Assembly: GCA_037147375.1 (NCBI GenBank)
Contig: JBAWVI010000025.1
Span: 1-10,433, forward strand
DNA length: 10,433 bases
Direction of reading: 5' to 3'
Source: an archaeon
GTDB taxonomy: Archaea > Iainarchaeota > Iainarchaeia > Iainarchaeales > CSSED10-239
Below are positions 1 through 7,951 of this stretch, one piece after another. A program made the position numbers and the translations under genes. The notes beneath the pieces were generated by a model that saw nothing but the letters and a program-made list of their open reading frames with translations, was not told the origin of the DNA and did no database searches. Position 1 is the first letter of the stretch. The number at the start of each line of letters is the position of its first letter.

Positions 1-39
1 TGCGTTAAGCCCTTTTCCATGAAAAGCAAAAGCTTTTCA

Positions 40-70
40 GGGCCCAGAAAAATATATTTTTCTTGGGCTT
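40..70. other. Imperfect hairpin (about 12 bp stem, one bulged T, TATA loop) within a relatively GC-richer 140 nt at the window edge; function unknown
   Basis: GGGCCCAGAAAAA-TATA-TTTTTCTTGGGCTT pairs 43-52 with 57-67 when T63 is bulged. Flanking alternative hairpins are CTTTTC(12-17)/GAAAAG(21-26) and GAAAAGC(21-27)/GCTTTTC(32-38). One frame on each strand is open across 1-138, so coding sequence cannot be excluded. Confidence 0.25.
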
Positions 71-181
71 GTAAGAAAAGTGCTTTAATTCCCAAAAGAA
101 CTAATCTCCAAGAAAGAAACCCTCGGGAAAGAAAGTAAATGTTTGATCCAAAAGAAAGAAAATAAAGTAGTTGATTATTAT

Positions 182-685
182 ATGAATAAAAAAATAAAAA
201 TTATGGTTTTCACTGAAGGAACACTTATTATGCATGCAAATGCATTTAATAAAAAAAGAAAAGATATTGTTGATCAAGTTAAAAAAAGAGATACCTCAGT
301 TCATAATTTTCAAACTTACATTCCTATTGGAAATGCACATAAGAAACTTAAACTTTGGGCTTCTCAATCAATTGATTTAATTTATTTAACATCAAGAACG
401 AAACAAAATCAAATTGATCAAATTAAAGATGTTCTTATTAAATATAATTTTCCAAAAGCAAAACTATTATTCAGAAAACCTGATCAAAATTATAGTGATG
501 TTGTAGAAAAAGAAGAACCAGATATATTAATAGAAGATGATTGTGAAAGCATAGGTGGTAAGAAAGAAATGGCAATTACTTATGTTAAACCACTAATTAG
601 GAGTAAGATTAAATCAATACCTATTAAAGAATTTGAAGGAATAGATCATCTCCCAGATAAAGTAGATGATTTATTTAACGTTTAA
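182..685 (+). CDS. HAD-fold-like protein (LNS2/App1-like layout) with a degenerate catalytic motif I
   Basis: The track ORF 143-685 starts at TTG; the first ATG is at 182, and 203 is also possible. The order is HAD-like: hydrophobic strand plus FTEGT (209-223) where DxDGT is expected, then LTSR (motif II), RKP (motif III Lys) and IEDD (motif IV). Both motif-I aspartates are replaced (F and E). Confidence 0.5.
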   Translation: MNKKIKIMVFTEGTLIMHANAFNKKRKDIVDQVKKRDTSVHNFQTYIPIGNAHKKLKLWASQSIDLIYLTSRTKQNQIDQIKDVLIKYNFPKAKLLFRKPDQNYSDVVEKEEPDILIEDDCESIGGKKEMAITYVKPLIRSKIKSIPIKEFEGIDHLPDKVDDLFNV

Positions 686-1231
686 TTTATTAAGTTCCTC
701 TTTCAATTGCTCAGAGCTTGTGTAGTGTATAGTTTCTATTCCAACCTTTTTTGCAATTATTGTTGCTTCCTCTCGATTATCAATAAACAACACTTCATTT
801 GGGAATAATTTCAAATCATTGATTACATAATTGAATGTTTCAATAACATCTTTTCTCATTCCAATTTCATTTGATAAATAGCACTTCTTAGCTGACTTGA
901 ATATTTCTGGTCTTTCTCTTGAAACAAAATCTGCATGCATTTGATTTGTATCTGATAAGATATATTTTGGAGTTTTCATATTCAAGTATACTTCATATGT
1001 TTCTTTTATTGGTTTAACAAAAGAATATATTTCTTTATACTTTTTAATGAACTCATCTTCTGATAAATCAAGTAGCTTTGCACCCTTGCTTGCAAATTCA
1101 CTAAAATCTATTTTGTTTGTTCCATAATCGTTTCTTAGTTTTTTGGATTCTGGGAGTCCTTTCCAAAAATCAGTTATATTTATATCATATAATATTACTC
1201 CCCCAACATCCCAAATAACAGCTTTAATCAT
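671..1231 (-). CDS. HAD-superfamily hydrolase, subfamily IA-like (phosphatase)
   Basis: N-terminal VIWDVGGVI is a DxGxV motif-I variant, as in YihX-type IA enzymes. ILSDTN is motif II and FIDNREE is motif IV. ATG start at 1231. The 3' end overlaps the convergent ORF by 15 bp (671-685). Confidence 0.75.
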   Translation of the reverse strand: MIKAVIWDVGGVILYDINITDFWKGLPESKKLRNDYGTNKIDFSEFASKGAKLLDLSEDEFIKKYKEIYSFVKPIKETYEVYLNMKTPKYILSDTNQMHADFVSRERPEIFKSAKKCYLSNEIGMRKDVIETFNYVINDLKLFPNEVLFIDNREEATIIAKKVGIETIHYTSSEQLKEELNKLNVK

Positions 1232-1366
1232 ATGTACTTATTAGATGAACACATATTTATAACTATATTTAATGCATCTAATAGAAAGGTAAAGAAACTA
1301 TATATTTAAATACATATTACTAATTAATTATATTTAGTTAGCAAAGATATAACTTTTAGATGTGAA

Positions 1367-2335
1367 ATGAAAATGAAACAAATAAATAAACTAATTATTC
1401 TTTTAATATTATTAACAATTTTAATTCCAATATCTTTTGCAGATGGAGTAAGTAATACTGGAGAACCAACAATAGTTGTTGATTCTTTAACAGTCCCAGA
1501 CATTGCACCAGATAGATTCTATGTTTCTCAAAATATAGTAAGATTAATAAATTTTTCAATTCACTCTGATTATGTATCCGCAGTTCCTTACAAGAATCCA
1601 ATTGTAAAATATACTTTAACAATTTATCCAGAATCTGAAGTAACTAAAGGAACTTATTTTAGATTATCGAGCAACCAAGAAGAATTTTTATCAGAAATAA
1701 ACTCAACTGTTGGTATTGAAGTAATTGCTAAAAACTTTACAGAAAATATAGTTAAAATCAAAATCACAGCTGATCTTTACGATGAATACAATAATTTAAT
1801 AGCAACTGGATTTAAATCTGTAACCTTAATTACAAACAATTCTCTAGATGATTTTCCATATACTCCACAAAGAGATGAGCCTAGGTTTAAAGGAATCGTT
1901 TACTCAAGAGATGTTTCTTATTTAATTAATAAAGTTGATAACGATTTAATTAAAATAAAATCATATAGTGATTTTAATTATGTTTATGATATAAAGTGTA
2001 ATGCAGATAATATTGGATTAATTACAAAAACCTCATATACAGGAGATAATGTATTTGATTTAAATATTTCAATTGATGGTTCTCAAAATCTATTAAAAGG
2101 TACTTATCAAATAAATTGTTATGCATATAATCAAGACAATTTGTTTGATTTAAAAGTTATAAGACTAAACTATTTAGATGAACCAATTATAAAAGTTATA
2201 GACACAAACGCAGTTATTGATTCTCCTAAACCAACAACTACTTCTTCATTTAAAGAAAAGCTCCTTAGATTTAGAAATGGGGTAAAAGATGGAACTTTAT
2301 CTTTGATTACAAAAATAAAAAGCATATTCCAATAA
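1367..2335 (+). CDS. Secreted or surface-anchored protein of unknown function (N-terminal signal peptide, N/I/Y-rich, probably beta-rich)
   Basis: MKMKQINK is followed by a 17-residue hydrophobic stretch and then SFADG, a signal-peptide-like N-terminus. The motif N-h-h-(K/D)-h-K-h recurs, and KGTY occurs twice. There is no recognisable catalytic motif. Confidence 0.65.
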   Translation: MKMKQINKLIILLILLTILIPISFADGVSNTGEPTIVVDSLTVPDIAPDRFYVSQNIVRLINFSIHSDYVSAVPYKNPIVKYTLTIYPESEVTKGTYFRLSSNQEEFLSEINSTVGIEVIAKNFTENIVKIKITADLYDEYNNLIATGFKSVTLITNNSLDDFPYTPQRDEPRFKGIVYSRDVSYLINKVDNDLIKIKSYSDFNYVYDIKCNADNIGLITKTSYTGDNVFDLNISIDGSQNLLKGTYQINCYAYNQDNLFDLKVIRLNYLDEPIIKVIDTNAVIDSPKPTTTSSFKEKLLRFRNGVKDGTLSLITKIKSIFQ

Positions 2336-2344
2336 CTTCTTATT

Positions 2345-2767
2345 TTATAATTTATCCATTAACAAGTGTGATAATACTCCAAGTATTGCTGCAACAAAAT
2401 ACACCCAGCTAATTAATAACATTGGCGAAGCAATAAGAACTGCAAAAGCAAATGAATGTAAGAAACCTCTATGCTTTGTAAATAATAAAATAACTTCAAT
2501 TCCAATTAACAAAAGTATAGGATACATTACATCTCTATTAACAAAATAAAATAATCCTAAGATGATTATACAATAAAGAATAATAATATCGAGCTTCTTC
2601 TTAATCCAAGAATCACCTTTATCAAGATCAGGAATAAGAGCATAAATTAAACAGATTATTAAAGATATAATATAATATTCTGGTCTTAGTTGATAATATA
2701 TAGAAATTATATAATAAATTGCAGTAAAGAATACTGCAGCAATAAATATATGTCCAAACTTATTCAT
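2345..2767 (-). CDS. YdjM/DUF457-family membrane-bound metal-dependent hydrolase-like protein
   Basis: Polytopic hydrophobic 140-aa protein with family-typical His motifs: N-terminal FGHIF, HRGFLHS, and C-terminal SHLLMD. Confidence 0.65.
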   Translation of the reverse strand: MNKFGHIFIAAVFFTAIYYIISIYYQLRPEYYIISLIICLIYALIPDLDKGDSWIKKKLDIIILYCIIILGLFYFVNRDVMYPILLLIGIEVILLFTKHRGFLHSFAFAVLIASPMLLISWVYFVAAILGVLSHLLMDKL

Positions 2768-2823
2768 ATGTATACTATATATTAAATATAGTTTTAAATA
2801 GTTTGCTTTATAATTATGAGTAT

Positions 2824-3663
2824 ATGCTTGAAACAGTATTATACATTTTATCAGGAATCATTCAAGGTTTACTTGAATGGGTGCCAGTTAGTTCAAAAAG
2901 TAATCTAGTTATATTTCTAATGAATTTTGGAGGAATGAATCTTTCTCAAGCATTTAATGTTGCAATCATGCTTCATGTAGGAACTGTTCTTGCTGCAATC
3001 ATATATTTCAGAAAAGAAATTTTTAGTTTATTAAGGTACGAAGTAGTGGCAGGCGTCTTTTCAAATGATTTGAAATTCAGACAACACAAAGACGAATCTA
3101 AATATCTTAAGTTTATTGCAATAACAGTTATTTTAACCTTCTTAGTAATGGGTCCTATCTATTTACTAGCAAAGGATCATCTAGCAACCATAAATGCATC
3201 AATTGTTCTTTTGCTTGTTGGTGTTCTTCTAGTAATTATTGGAGTTGTTCAATACATAAGTAGAAGAAGCAATAAACAAGAAGCAACTCTTTCAGGAAAA
3301 AATGCAAGTATTCTTGGTTTCTTTCAAGGTCTAACAATAATCCCTGGAATATCAAGAAGTGGTATGACTACATCAGTTCTTTTGTTTGAAGGGTTCACTC
3401 CTGAAAAAGCATTTAGAATAAGTTTTCTTCTTTCAATTCCAGTTGTATTAATTGGAGAACTTGGTTTAATAATAATAAATGGATTTATTTTTACAAAATT
3501 AATTCTTCTTGGAATAATTATTTCTTTTATAGTGGGATACATAATGATAGATGTAATCTTAAAGATTGTTAAAAAAATAGATTTTTCTTATTTATGTATT
3601 GGCCTTGGAATCATCTATGTCTTAATTTATCTAAGCTCACTAATATTTAATTTCACTTTATGA
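2824..3663 (+). CDS. uppP: Undecaprenyl-diphosphatase (UppP/BacA family), with a variant first catalytic motif
   Basis: GIIQGLLEWVPVSSKSN aligns to the (E/Q)G-x-TE-x-LP-V/I-SS-x-GH motif, and PGISRSGMT (3343-3363) is motif 2. The protein is multi-pass hydrophobic, about 279 aa. The track ORF starts at TTG 2803; ATG 2824 gives the usual N-terminus. Confidence 0.85.
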   Translation: MLETVLYILSGIIQGLLEWVPVSSKSNLVIFLMNFGGMNLSQAFNVAIMLHVGTVLAAIIYFRKEIFSLLRYEVVAGVFSNDLKFRQHKDESKYLKFIAITVILTFLVMGPIYLLAKDHLATINASIVLLLVGVLLVIIGVVQYISRRSNKQEATLSGKNASILGFFQGLTIIPGISRSGMTTSVLLFEGFTPEKAFRISFLLSIPVVLIGELGLIIINGFIFTKLILLGIIISFIVGYIMIDVILKIVKKIDFSYLCIGLGIIYVLIYLSSLIFNFTL

Positions 3664-4269
3664 TTTGCGCTTTAACATATTTTCTACATTTTCTAAATAA
3701 TCAACTCTCATCTTAAGTTTTTTCATTATATCAATTACCTTGTAACTTGGATGCTCTTTAATATAATAAATAAACCCAAACTTTTGAGCACTTGTTTTAA
3801 ATCCATTAAAATAAGAAATTACGTTAATAGCATCTGCAATAGATGCATCCTTTGTAGCAAGCAATTCAATCATTGCAATATTTTCTTTTGTAAGCTCAAG
3901 AGGCTTAGTTTGTATAATTCTTTTTCTTATAGCTTCTTTTTTTATAGGTGCTTCTTCCTTTTTTTCTTTATTATTAATAGACAACTCTCTTATTTGATAT
4001 TGTTTTTTTGCTTCAAGAAGAATTAGATTTATAATCCTAGGAGACATCTTGTTTAGGTCAACAGTAATTAGATGTCTATCATGTAACTGATTTAGATATT
4101 TTTTAGTTATGTTATTATTATTTTCAATATCTATTTGAAATTGTCTAGCTTTTCCTTTAGTTATATCTATTGCTTCTTCTCTAAGTTTTTTACTAAGTTG
4201 TCTTGATTTAAATTCCTTAATAAAATTAGCACTATATTTTTCTTGAGACAATCTTTTTATTCTTCCCAT
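3658..4269 (-). CDS. Hypothetical lysine-rich protein (ORFan to my eye)
   Basis: 203-aa ORF with ATG start, divergent from trx, overlapping the uppP 3' end by 6 bp. It is Lys/Glu-rich and predicted helical, with a low-complexity KEKKEEAPIKKE linker. I recognise no motif. Confidence 0.55.
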   Translation of the reverse strand: MGRIKRLSQEKYSANFIKEFKSRQLSKKLREEAIDITKGKARQFQIDIENNNNITKKYLNQLHDRHLITVDLNKMSPRIINLILLEAKKQYQIRELSINNKEKKEEAPIKKEAIRKRIIQTKPLELTKENIAMIELLATKDASIADAINVISYFNGFKTSAQKFGFIYYIKEHPSYKVIDIMKKLKMRVDYLENVENMLKRKS

Positions 4270-4377
4270 AATTTATCCTAATTTGTTAGAGTTATCTAAA
4301 TAATTATGTAATAAATAAATATATATATGTTATCCTTTTTATATATATACTTAGTAAATAAAGATTGGTGATATAAT

Positions 4378-4695
4378 ATGACAGGAAACATTGCACATTT
4401 AGATAATTCAAATTTTGATAAAGAAATAAAAGACAAGCATGTAGCTATAATTGATTTTTGGGCAGCTTGGTGTGGACCCTGTCAGATGTTTGGAAAGGTC
4501 TTAGAAGAATTTTCAAGTGAGAACCCAAGCGTTTATTGTGCAAAGGTTAATGTTGATGAAGCACAAGATCTTGCATCAAGATTTGGAGTAATGTCAATTC
4601 CAACAATTCTCTTCTTTAAAGAAGGAAAGTTAGTTAAAACACAAGTTGGTATGCTTCCAAAAAGCATGTTAAAGCAAATTATTGATACATTATAA
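4378..4695 (+). CDS. trxA: Thioredoxin
   Basis: 105 aa, with the canonical FWAAWCGPCQ active site (CGPC at 4471-4482), SIPT cis-Pro loop and FKEGK. A GGTGAT SD-like site lies upstream. Confidence 0.95.
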   Translation: MTGNIAHLDNSNFDKEIKDKHVAIIDFWAAWCGPCQMFGKVLEEFSSENPSVYCAKVNVDEAQDLASRFGVMSIPTILFFKEGKLVKTQVGMLPKSMLKQIIDTL

Positions 4696-4724
4696 TTTTA
4701 AAAAAATAAAAGAGGAAAAGAAAG

Positions 4725-6236
4725 ATGACTATAACTATTCAATTGAAAACAAAAGTACTTGATATAACTGCAGAAGCATCAGTTTGTGTTCTAAATGTAG
4801 AGGATGCAAGAAAAATAGATGCAGGATATCTTTCAAGAATAGAAGTTTCTGTAAATAAAGAAAAAGAAACTTGTATTTTAGACACTTCTTTAACCTTTGT
4901 AGATGTTGGAACTATTGGTTTTTTTAAAAATGCAGCAGAACAACTTAAAGTCAAAGATGACCAAATAGTTGAAATAAATTTAATGCCTCCAACCAAATCA
5001 GTTACTTATATTATTAATAAGATTAAAAATAAATCTTTATCTAAGGATGAAATTTATGAAATTGTAAAAGATATAGAAGAAAATAAGATTACAAACGTAG
5101 AACTCTCTTCTTTTGTAACTGCATGTTTCGTTAATGGACTAAGTCTTGAAGAATCAACATATTTATGTAATGCATTAATAGAAGCTGGAGATCTTTTAGA
5201 TTATGGTAAGAAAGAAATACTTGATAAACATTCAATAGGTGGAATAAATGGTAGAGTATCAATGATATTAACACCAATTATTTCTTCTCTTGGTTATTTC
5301 ATGCCAAAGACTGCTTCAAGATCAATCTCATCAGCTGCAGGAACTGCTGATTGTATGGAAGCACTTGCTCCAGTTGGGTTTACGTTACCAGAAATTAAAA
5401 AAATATTAGAAAAAACAGGAGCTGTTATTGCTTGGGAAGGAAAATTTGATCTTTGTCCAGTTGATAACACAATCATAAAAGTTGAACATGCTTTATCAAT
5501 TAATCCAGAAGGAATAATGATTGCATCAATCTTATCGAAAAAGAAAAGTGCAGGTGCAACTCATTTAGTTATAGATATTCCTGTTGGAAGTAAGATGAAG
5601 GTTAAAGATAAAGAAAGTGCTGAAAGACTTGCAAGAAAATTAATCACAGTTAGTAAATCTCTTGGAATAAAATCAAGAGCTCTTTTAACAGATGGAGAAG
5701 AGCCTTGTGGGAGAGCATTTGGAGCAATGCTTGAAGCAAGGGAAGTTATGAGAATACTTGAAGGTAGATATTTTGATAATTTAGCAAATAAATCTTGTCT
5801 ATTAGCTGGCGAGCTTCTTGAACTTGCTGGAAGAGCAAAGGAAGGAGAAGGATTTACTTTAGCAAAAGAAACTTTAACAAGTGGGAAAGCTCTTCTTAAG
5901 ATGCAAGAAATAATAATTGCTCAAGGTGGAACCATAACCTCTTCTGATGAAATGAAAGATGCAAAATACAAGAAAGAAATATTTGCTATCGAAGATGGGA
6001 AGATAGAAGCATGGGATATGGAAATATTAACTAAGCTTGCAAGAAGCGCTGGTGCTCCAGAAGACAAGGAAGCAGGTCTTCTTCTTTGCAGATATGTTGG
6101 AGAAACAATTAAGAAAGGAGATAAGGTTCTTGAAATATATGCAAACTCTCAAGATAAGTTAGATTATGCAGATAAATATTTACAAGAAAACAAAGCATTA
6201 AGATTTGAGAATATAATTTTAGGAGAAATAGAGTAA
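4725..6236 (+). CDS. deoA: AMP phosphorylase (archaeal thymidine-phosphorylase-family enzyme with N-terminal extension)
   Basis: 503 aa, the same length class as archaeal AMPpase. Motifs are DKHSIGG, SRSISSAAGTAD, LSINPEG..ASILSKK and GAPEDKEAGL, plus an extra N-terminal domain of about 85 aa that bacterial DeoA lacks. A GAGGA SD lies 29 nt after trx. Confidence 0.85.
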   Translation: MTITIQLKTKVLDITAEASVCVLNVEDARKIDAGYLSRIEVSVNKEKETCILDTSLTFVDVGTIGFFKNAAEQLKVKDDQIVEINLMPPTKSVTYIINKIKNKSLSKDEIYEIVKDIEENKITNVELSSFVTACFVNGLSLEESTYLCNALIEAGDLLDYGKKEILDKHSIGGINGRVSMILTPIISSLGYFMPKTASRSISSAAGTADCMEALAPVGFTLPEIKKILEKTGAVIAWEGKFDLCPVDNTIIKVEHALSINPEGIMIASILSKKKSAGATHLVIDIPVGSKMKVKDKESAERLARKLITVSKSLGIKSRALLTDGEEPCGRAFGAMLEAREVMRILEGRYFDNLANKSCLLAGELLELAGRAKEGEGFTLAKETLTSGKALLKMQEIIIAQGGTITSSDEMKDAKYKKEIFAIEDGKIEAWDMEILTKLARSAGAPEDKEAGLLLCRYVGETIKKGDKVLEIYANSQDKLDYADKYLQENKALRFENIILGEIE

Positions 6237-6248
6237 GATAAATTGTTT

Positions 6249-7040
6249 TTATTTAATGGTCTTATATATTTCTTTTATTTCTTTTACTGAAAGAGACTTT
6301 ACTTTTTGTGTCCTGTACTTTTCCTTAACCTTATCAAGATTAACTTTTGTAAATATATAATCCTTTTCTTTCTTTCCAAATGATATTGCATTCATAAGAT
6401 CCTTGTTTGGATATCTAAATATTCCTTTAACAAACTTATTGTAAAGTTCATCTTGCTTCTTTTCTATTGGATGAAGTGAGATGATTGCAGACTCGCAAGG
6501 AGGAACAGGAAAGAATGAATTTCTTTTAATCTTACCTTCCATCTTAATCTTTGCATAACTTTGAGCAAGTACACTCTGAGCAACATAGTTTGAGAAACCT
6601 TCATATGCAGTAACCTTCTCAGCATATTCTCTTTGAACTATAAGAAAAGAAGGAACGCTTCCATTAATCTTTTCTAAGATTTCTTGAGAAATAGAATATG
6701 GAATAAACCCAACTATCTTTGTAGGTTTAATCTCACTTATATCAACTTTTAAGAAATCATCTTCAATAATTATTAAGTTTTCTGCAAGGACTTCTTTTTC
6801 AAGAATCTTTGTCATGATTGGGTCCTTCTCAACTACCACAACCCTCTTAACATGCTTTACTATGTCCTTAGTTAAAAAACCAAGTCCAGGACCAATCTCA
6901 AGAATAACATCTTCTTTCTTAAGATCAAGAAGAGTAATAACCTTCTTAAGAATATTATCATCAATGCAAAAATTCTGATCAAGCTTGTGGTTTGGCTTAA
7001 ACCCATACCTTAACATTAAACCATAAAGATCTTTAATCAT
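6249..7040 (-). CDS. rsmA: 16S/18S rRNA (adenine-N6,N6)-dimethyltransferase KsgA/RsmA/Dim1
   Basis: LDQNFCIDDNIL, the SAM-binding VLEIGPGLGFLT, and IPYSISQEIL. It occupies the conserved archaeal position after the DUF655 gene. Confidence 0.9.
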   Translation of the reverse strand: MIKDLYGLMLRYGFKPNHKLDQNFCIDDNILKKVITLLDLKKEDVILEIGPGLGFLTKDIVKHVKRVVVVEKDPIMTKILEKEVLAENLIIIEDDFLKVDISEIKPTKIVGFIPYSISQEILEKINGSVPSFLIVQREYAEKVTAYEGFSNYVAQSVLAQSYAKIKMEGKIKRNSFFPVPPCESAIISLHPIEKKQDELYNKFVKGIFRYPNKDLMNAISFGKKEKDYIFTKVNLDKVKEKYRTQKVKSLSVKEIKEIYKTIK

Positions 7041-7074
7041 TTTTTCACATGTATTTAAAATTTATATTTATTAA

Positions 7075-7602
7075 TTAGAATCTTTTAAGAAATGGCATAG
7101 TAAATAAACAAAATTTATTTTCAGGTCCAAGTTGAATTTCTTCAATTATTCTATTTACTACTATATTTAATGGATCAGGAAGCATTTCAATATTTTTAAT
7201 TTCATCAAAAGTATTGAACTTTCCTTTTGTTCTGATGTGCTCTAATATAGCATCTCTATGCTTCTTTCCAATCATAGGAAGAAGATCAAGTTGATGTCTC
7301 TTAAGACTAATTGGTTTAGCATTATTAAAGAAGTTAACAAACTTATCTGGATTCTTAATAACAAGTCCTTCAACAGCTTTTTCAAGTTCTTTTTTTGCAT
7401 CACTTGATAGTCTATTGTATGTTATTCTTCTAACAATTAAGTTTTCAGTATCAATTACATCAGTAATCTTTACTGGTTCATCAGAAAGAACCTCAAGAAG
7501 AGAGAAGTTAGAGCTACCAATACACAAGATGATCTGTGTTTGTTTGAATCTAATTTCTTTCTTGATTTTATCAAGAACTATTGCTTCTTTTTTAACTAAC
7601 AT
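7075..7602 (-). CDS. DUF655-family putative nucleic-acid-binding protein (OB fold plus helix-hairpin-helix)
   Basis: FFNNAKPISLKRHQLDLLPMIGKKHRDAILEHR matches the characteristic DUF655 HhH segment. The gene sits between rpoF and ksgA, as in many archaea. Confidence 0.8.
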   Translation of the reverse strand: MLVKKEAIVLDKIKKEIRFKQTQIILCIGSSNFSLLEVLSDEPVKITDVIDTENLIVRRITYNRLSSDAKKELEKAVEGLVIKNPDKFVNFFNNAKPISLKRHQLDLLPMIGKKHRDAILEHIRTKGKFNTFDEIKNIEMLPDPLNIVVNRIIEEIQLGPENKFCLFTMPFLKRF

Positions 7603-7624
7603 ATTTCTTTCTCAATAATTAATT

Positions 7625-7951
7625 TTACTCTTTTTTATATTTTTCAACAAGAGCAATTATTTCTTCCTTTTGTTCATCATTATATGTTTCTTCTTTTTCT
7701 AGGATTAAATCAAGTTCTACCTTGTTTGGTAAGATATCTGCAATCTTATTTGCAAGCTCGTTTTCCATTTGGTACTTCTCAATTAATGATGCTTTAAGCT
7801 TTTCTGCGTTTGCAGGAGTTAACTTAGAGAAAAGTTTAGAATGCTCAAAAGCTATCTTTTGTTCATAATTTAATTCCTTATCTTTTCCTTTAGCAGTTAA
7901 TAATTTCTTAACTTCTGAGACAGATATATCTTCTATGTATTCAGAATTCAT
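7625..7951 (-). CDS. rpoF: DNA-directed RNA polymerase subunit Rpo4/F
   Basis: 108 aa. YEQKIAFEHSKLFSKL..AEKLKASL...ANKIADILP matches the RpoF pattern seen in the Methanocaldococcus protein. Its start overlaps the L21e stop in an ATGA (7948-7951). Confidence 0.8.
   Translation of the reverse strand: MNSEYIEDISVSEVKKLLTAKGKDKELNYEQKIAFEHSKLFSKLTPANAEKLKASLIEKYQMENELANKIADILPNKVELDLILEKEETYNDEQKEEIIALVEKYKKE

Noticed and set aside
28-37. AAAAGCTTTT palindrome (HindIII core) at the window start
   Set aside because: It is a short self-complementary AT-rich decamer, explained by the overlapping hairpin arms. It is not evidence of a specific binding site.
143-181. TTG start at 143 for the first ORF, and likewise TTG at 2803 for uppP
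   Set aside because: In-frame ATGs at 182 and 2824 give N-termini that match family expectations. The TTG extensions add unconserved residues with no SD.
1395-1622. 75-aa minus-strand ORF from the track
   Set aside because: It lies entirely antisense within the 322-aa signal-peptide protein gene. It is leucine-rich low-complexity sequence typical of a shadow frame in AT-rich DNA, with no motif.
3324-3542. 72-aa minus-strand ORF
   Set aside because: It is antisense inside uppP, which has clear family motifs in the plus frame, so this is a shadow ORF.
3751-4026. 91-aa plus-strand ORF
   Set aside because: It is antisense within the longer 203-aa minus-strand ORF. Its Phe/Cys/Asn-rich composition is typical of the reverse frame of a Lys/Glu-rich gene.
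4739-5476. Two minus-strand ORFs (4739-4996 and 5294-5476)
   Set aside because: Both lie antisense inside the strongly supported AMP phosphorylase gene.
7415-7618. 67-aa plus-strand ORF
   Set aside because: It is antisense to the DUF655 gene and its upstream spacer, with no start context or motif.
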